This document shows positions 59,101 through 64,000 of a stretch of DNA of 64,000 nt, piece by piece (the first letter of the stretch is position 1; each line of letters begins with the position of its first letter). The DNA lies in contig CM061246.1 of assembly GCA_022605425.2 (NCBI GenBank), positions 806,001-870,000 on the forward strand. The letters are read 5' to 3'. The notes beneath the pieces are model-generated. The model made no database searches. It was not told the origin of the DNA and saw nothing but the letters and a program-made list of their open reading frames with translations. The DNA comes from Hamiltosporidium tvaerminnensis FI-OER-3-3 (Eukaryota; Fungi; Microsporidia). A program made the translations under genes and the position numbers.

Positions 59101-59564
59101 TAGAGTGTTATGAAAGTGAAGGGAGTAATAAGGGGGTAGAGTGCTATGAGAGTGAAGGGAGTAATAAGGGGGTAGAGTGTTATGAGAGTGAAGGGAGTAA
59201 TAAGGGGGTAGAGTGCTATGAGAGTGAAGGGAGTAATAAGGGGGTAGAGGGTGGTGGATTAGAGGGTGGTGGGGATAGTAGGGGTATGTTAGAGGGTGTT
59301 GGGGATAGAGGTAGTAATATAAAGGGTATTAGTAATAGAGGTAGTAATATAAAGGGTGTTAGTAATAGTACCGATAATACTAATAAACAACACCCTGTTA
59401 ATAACATACCATATGAACAACACCCTGTTAATTTAAAGGGTTATTTTCTTGTTTGTGAAATGTGGAATTTTTATTTTAAAAGGGAATGGTTTGATGAAGA
59501 TATGAGTTATAGTCTTAAGATAGGATACCCTTTAAATTTCTATGATATAAGTTTTAGAGAGTAA
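47175..59564 (+). CDS. PRP8: Pre-mRNA splicing factor Prp8, inflated by ~17 low-complexity repeat insertions and split across 6 ORFs by frame breaks inside repeats
   Basis: Co-linear Prp8 motifs: LPPEHYRRLI; LKYLPH..IPFPWE; LDWLEV; KPTRTLTTKERKKSRLG; HVGTLTGIYRYKYKAMRQIR; WRVWLAFLRG; TKQRIESNYD; VDKTDIKKNKGKITRLYLK (unannotated frame ~50065-50125); [93 protein letters not shown]; Jab1/MPN region; C-terminal WNFYF..YSLKIGYPLNFYD. Confidence 0.95.
53484..54210 (+). repeat. Largest PRP8 insert: 27-nt G-arm repeat (REMVGGVSK) followed by ~30-nt C-arm repeat (TYHPLNNTT)
   Basis: AGGGAG(A/G)T(G/A)GTAGGGGGTGTTA(G/A)T(A/G)AA about 12 times, then ACTTATCACCCTCTTA(AC/GT)AA about 6 times. Confidence 0.95.
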
Positions 59565-59713
59565 AGGGGTGTTAATTATAGTCTTAAGATAGGATACCCT
59601 TTAAATTTCTATGATATAAGTTTTAGAGAGTAAAGGGGTGTTATTTATAGTTTTAAGATAGGATACCCTTTAAATTTCTATGATATAAGTTTTAAAGAGT
59701 AAAGGGGTGTTAA
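59507..59713 (+). repeat. Triplication (69-nt period) of the PRP8 C-terminal codons plus stop
   Basis: GT(C/T)TTAAGATAGGATACCCTTTAAATTTCTATGATATAAGTTTTA(G/A)AGAGTAAAGGGGTGTTA starts at 59512, 59581 and 59650. Confidence 0.95.
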
Positions 59714-59799
59714 TTATAATAAAGAATATTTAATTTAAATTTCTATGAAGTTCTTGTATTTTTCAGTGTTATTCTTTCAATTTGATATGTATTTATAGA

Positions 59800-60580
59800 A
59801 TTAAAACCCTTTAATTACTAGCAGTATGTTTAAACCCTTTAATTACTAAAGTACTGTATTTTTATTAAACCCCTTTTATTACTAGCCCTATAGTATAACA
59901 CCCATAAAATTCAAGTAGAATGTTTAAAACCCTTTAATTATTAGTACTATAGTATAACACCCTTTAATTACTAGAAGTTTGTTTAAACCCTTTAATTATT
60001 AGTACTATAGTATAACACCCTTTAATTACTACCACTATAGTTTAACACCCTTTAATTACTAGTAGTATGTTTATCACTCTAATTATTAGTACTATAGTAT
60101 AACACCCTTTAATTACTAGTAGTATGTTTATCACTCTAATTATTAGTACTATAGTATAACACCCATAAAATCCAAGTAGTATGTTTATCACCCTTTAATT
60201 ATTAGTACTATAGTATAACACCCTTTAATTACTAGAAGTTTGTTTAAACCCTTTAATTACTACTACTATAGTTTAACACCCTTTAATTACTAGTAGTATG
60301 TTTATCACACTCTAATATTTATATCCCTCTATAACTCTAACCCTTATACCCCTTTATTAACACCTATTACATTTTTATATCCCTAACACCCTTATATCCC
60401 CTAACACTATAACTCCTATATCCTATCACCCTTTATCCCTTATTATACCCCTGTTACATTTTTATATCTCTAACACCCTTTATATCCTCTAACACCCTCT
60501 ATATCACTATCACCCTTATATCTCCTTAACACCCTCTATATCCCCTTTATCCATTCTATATCCCACTATCACCCTTTTAC
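59800..60580. repeat. C-rich minisatellite array 5' of EAF6
   Basis: Repeated AGTACTATAGTATAACACCC / (AA/AC)ACCCTTTAATTAC units, grading into CCCTT(T)ATATCCC units. Confidence 0.9.
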
Positions 60581-60583
60581 TAA

Positions 60584-60835
60584 ATGGAGAACAGAAGAGA
60601 CAACATGAAACAACTACAACAGTACATACGTAAAAGAAAGGAATTACAAAGAAGTGTATGTAATTATGAGAAAGAGATATTTAGATTAGAAACATTATTT
60701 TTAGATATGACACAAGGATTCCCAGTTACTAAGAATTTAGATTATTATTTAAATTTTAAAGTAGAAAAGAAGAAAGGATATAATAAAGATAAAGATAGGA
60801 TATTTAGTAGGAATATACCTAGGATTAACGAGTAG
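60584..60835 (+). CDS. EAF6: NuA4/MOZ histone acetyltransferase complex subunit Eaf6
   Basis: LQQYIRKRKELQRSVCNYEKEIFRLETLFLDMT....KNLDYYL......DKDRIFS matches Eaf6 (L..RK..L...L..LE.QIY..E..YL..T..GN...G.D.YL....DRLFS). Confidence 0.85.
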   Translation: MENRRDNMKQLQQYIRKRKELQRSVCNYEKEIFRLETLFLDMTQGFPVTKNLDYYLNFKVEKKKGYNKDKDRIFSRNIPRINE

Positions 60836-62000
60836 GGGATATGGGGGTGGGGGGGTAGTGAGTAGAGGGATATAGTAAGTAGTTATAGTAAGTAGAGGAT
60901 ATAGTAACGGGTTATAGTAAGTAGTTATAGTAAGTAGAGGGATAGTAAGTAGAGGTTATAGTAAGTAGTTATAGTAAGTAGTTATAGTAAGTAGAGGGAT
61001 AGTAAGTAGAGGTTATAGTAAGTAGTTATAGTAAGTAGTTATAGTAAGTAGAGGGATAGTAAGTAGAGGGATAGTAAGTAGAGGTTATAGTATTTAAAGG
61101 GTGTAATTTAAAGGGTTTTTATTCATCGGTTTTAAAGGTATTTTATTGTAATTAAAGGCTTTAGTATTTTATTGTAATTAAAGGGGTGTAATTTAAAGGG
61201 TTATTATAATATGAGTTTTAAAGGTATTTTATTGTAATTAAAGGGGTGTAATTTAAAGGCTTTAGTATTTTATTGTAATTAAAGGGTGTAATTTAAAGGG
61301 TTATTATAATATGGGTTTTAAAGGTATTTTATTGTAATTAAAGGGGTGTAATTTAAAGGGTTTAGTTTTTTATTGTAATTAAAGGGTTTGGTATTTTATT
61401 GTAATTAAAGGGGTGTAATTTAAAGGGTTATTATAATATGGGTTTTAAAGGTTATTATAATTAAAGGGGTGTAATTTAAAGGGTTTAGTATTTTATTGTA
61501 ATTAAAGGGTTTGGTATTTTAATGTAATTAAAGGGTGTAATTTAAAGGGTTATTATAATATGAGTTTTAAAGGTATTTTATTGTAATTAAAGGGTGTAAT
61601 TTAAGGGTTTAGTATTTTATTGTAATTAAAGGGTTTGGTATTTTAATGTAATTAAAGGGTGTAATTTAAAGGGTTATTATAATATGGGTTTTAAAGGTAT
61701 TTTAAGTTTGTGTAAATATTATAAACCTTGTGTGTTTTAAAGTGAGATTTATAAGTTGTATTAATAGAATTAAGAGAGTGTTATAGATATATAGTGTGTT
61801 ATAGATATAGAGAGTGTATTATAAATAATAAGGTGATTAAAGAAAGAATATATTTATAAGTTGTTGTATTATAATATAGAGAGTGTGTTATAAACCTGGT
61901 GTTTTAAGTTAAGTGTTTACTTTTATAGATAGAGAGTGTGTTATAAATATATAGTGTGTTATAGATAATAAGAGTGTGTTATAGTTATAAGAGTGTGTTA
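60836..62000. repeat. G-rich minisatellite arrays 3' of EAF6
   Basis: TAGTAAGTAG(TTA/AGGGA/AGGTTA) units (60870-61090), then GTAATTAAAGGG(G)TGTAATTTAAAGGGTT units (61090-61700), then AGAGTGTGTTATAG units. Confidence 0.9.
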
Positions 62001-62249
62001 TAGATATTTTGAAGAAGAAAATGGTTTTATTGGAAATAACAGTTTATTTTTAAGTGGAATATGTGGAGTTTTAAGAATATTATTGATAAGTCAAGCATTT
62101 AAAAGTGAATGTATTTTAAGATTTAATTTTATTTAGATGTTTTTATTAGGAGTTTTGAAGGGGGTGGATTTTTTTTAGAAGTATCTATGTGGAGCATAGT
62201 ATGTCAAAGTTATTATTATTTACTTCTCGTTTAGTCGGATTTTGTTTTT

Positions 62250-63550
62250 GCTTTTGAGCACTATGATTTTTTAACTTCTAGATAAGAATTCGCTCGAGAA
62301 ATAACCATCAGTATTTCCACAAATAATAAGATTGAAGCTATATTTGAACGGTTTCAAACCACAACTGTGGGGGGGGCAATTTGCGAATCTGTTCATAAAA
62401 ATTATTCCTTCGCAGAACAGTTCTATTTTTTTTCGTTATTTAAAATATTTTCAGAATAATTTTCGTCTATATAAAAATCTTCTAGTAAATACTTTTCACT
62501 AGTGTTCTTTTATCGACGGGTTGCTGAGCAGTTTCTCTATAAAGAACGATTATTTTATTTTAAGCTCTTTTTGAACTTATAAAATGAACTTTTGCTTTTC
62601 AGGCAAATTTTCGAAAGTGGCAAGATATTATTTTAGTTGAGTTTGGCTGAAGCGAAACGCCAATGGCGTGGTTTTTCTTTCTTCGTGATTACATCAAATT
62701 TGAGAAAATAGTTTTCTTGCGACTTTTGCTAATCTAAACTACTAAAAAAAGACTCCTTCTTTACTATGAACTTATCATAACCCGTCACGATGTGTGAATT
62801 ATTTTTTCACAGTGAATTTAACCGTTACATAACTTCTTTACCTTTACATATGAATGAAATGAAGACTTATTGAAGTCTATTAGGGTAGATTTTCTTCTGT
62901 TTTATTGTCTAATTTGCTGATGTATAGAGGTTTCACCCTCTACTAAATGTAAATCAGCGTTTCTAGGTTAAGTTGTTCTGTTAGAAGGCTCGAAAGAAGC
63001 AATTAGTTTTGTAGCGAGTTTACAGCCCGGATTAAGTTATTTAAAGAAGCAAGCGATTATAACACGAAAAATTATTTTTTCTCTTTTAGATGTAGAAAAT
63101 AAGCTTTCAAAAGAACAATTGTCTTGAAGTTGCCTATCTTAGCAGTGATATTAGAGAGTGAGCTGTTACGAAAAAAAACTACGAAACAGAGAAGCCACAA
63201 ATTAAAGTGCGCGGTGGCGTTTTTTTTAACAACTAATTATCGATCTATCTTATCTAAACACTGCAATAATCATTAAATCTAATATTGCGTTTTTTTCTTT
63301 TAAGAGTTAGCTTATAGTTTCTTATGTATGTTTATACCGAAATCCATCGGAATTTGTTTATTATCTAGTATATATTATAGCAGTAATGCATTGTTTTTAT
63401 ATTGTTTTAATTTTGTTTGCTTAATTGCCGATAGTGCTTTCGAAGTATCTACATATTTTAAGTTAAGTTTACATTTTTTGCTTCTTCTGTATTTATATTC
63501 GTGATGGCCAAATATTTCATTTTTGATGAAAATCTTACGAAGTTGCCTTT
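62250..63550 (-). mobile_element. Possible IS630/Tc1-mariner-superfamily transposase relic
   Basis: Minus strand near 62380-62345 reads PPHSCGLKPF, resembling LPPY(S/H)(P/C)ELNPIE; otherwise stop-ridden. Confidence 0.3.
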
Positions 63551-64000
63551 TTTGTACTAATAGTTTCATTGCGAATTAAACTTAACATTATTTAATATTT
63601 CGGTAAATAAAAAACATTGTAAAGTACTTATATCCGGAGTTTTGTGAGTAATTTTATTTTTTACGCTATCACTATACATGATCATGTAGATTTATACAAG
63701 AACATAAAATTTTATGTATTTCTTTTCAAATTTTAAAAAAAAACTACAATAACATTGAATCTTAAGGAAAAAACTTCAAAAAAGTTGCTGCCAAAGCACT
63801 TTAAAACACTATTTAATATATAACTTTAAGAGATAAATAGCGATAGAAAAAGGTGAAAAATATTATATACAAAAGATTTTACCATAATTTATTTATAAAA
63901 ACCGAGAGAGCACAAAATTAGTTGATAATTGCAAGTAGGAGATTAGTTATACGGACAAAAATTCGCGCTATTACATGCTATATACTATTCTAGTCTATGG

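Noticed and set aside
48079-59407. Numerous alternative-frame and antisense ORFs over PRP8 (e.g. 53301-54206 minus; I/L/V/T-rich)
   Set aside because: Shadow ORFs produced by triplet-periodic repeats; no independent protein features.
47545-59430. PRP8 inserts as canonical spliceosomal introns
   Set aside because: No consistent GT(A)..AG boundaries at the junctions with conserved blocks. Triplet-sized units and mostly open frames argue for translation. Not formally excluded without cDNA.
59800-61700. Repeat arrays as CRISPR
   Set aside because: No unique spacers, variable unit structure, eukaryotic context and no cas genes.
1-64000. tRNA, rRNA or snRNA genes
   Set aside because: No cloverleaf, rRNA or snRNA signature recognised by eye; a covariance-model search would be needed to exclude divergent ones.

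Overview
AT-rich, intron-poor eukaryotic DNA. The compact divergent housekeeping genes and CCC/GGG-like motifs just upstream of ATGs point to a large-genome microsporidian (Hamiltosporidium-like; inference, not proven). Recognisable genes: PPAT/CAB4, RRS1, a DDT-domain ISWI partner, ORM1, SF3B6/p14, an adaptin large subunit, RPC2, an ATM1-like ABC half-transporter, AMP deaminase, RCHY1/Pirh2, PRP8 and EAF6. Between them lie transposon relics: three copies of one R4/Dong-type non-LTR element, a Tc1-like element with TIRs, and weaker remnants. The main feature is a ~15-kb domain (about 46800-62000) whose strand composition oscillates between G-rich and C-rich phases. Inside it, PRP8 is inflated to 12.4 kb by about 17 tandem-repeat insertions (more than half of the gene). 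The inserts use a small shared, telomere-like vocabulary (GGGTGTTA / ACCCTGTTA / CCCTAA / TGCATAAA), mostly arranged as a G-arm followed by a C-arm. The neighbouring EAF6 gene sits in the loop of a mirror-image, foldback-like pair of repeat arrays. A second oddity: two retroelement copies have selectively lost purines from the + strand regardless of element orientation, although one of them has a perfect 23-bp TSD. This is either a consensus artefact at heterozygous insertions or an unusual deletion process. All homology calls come from recognising motifs by eye, not from database searches.
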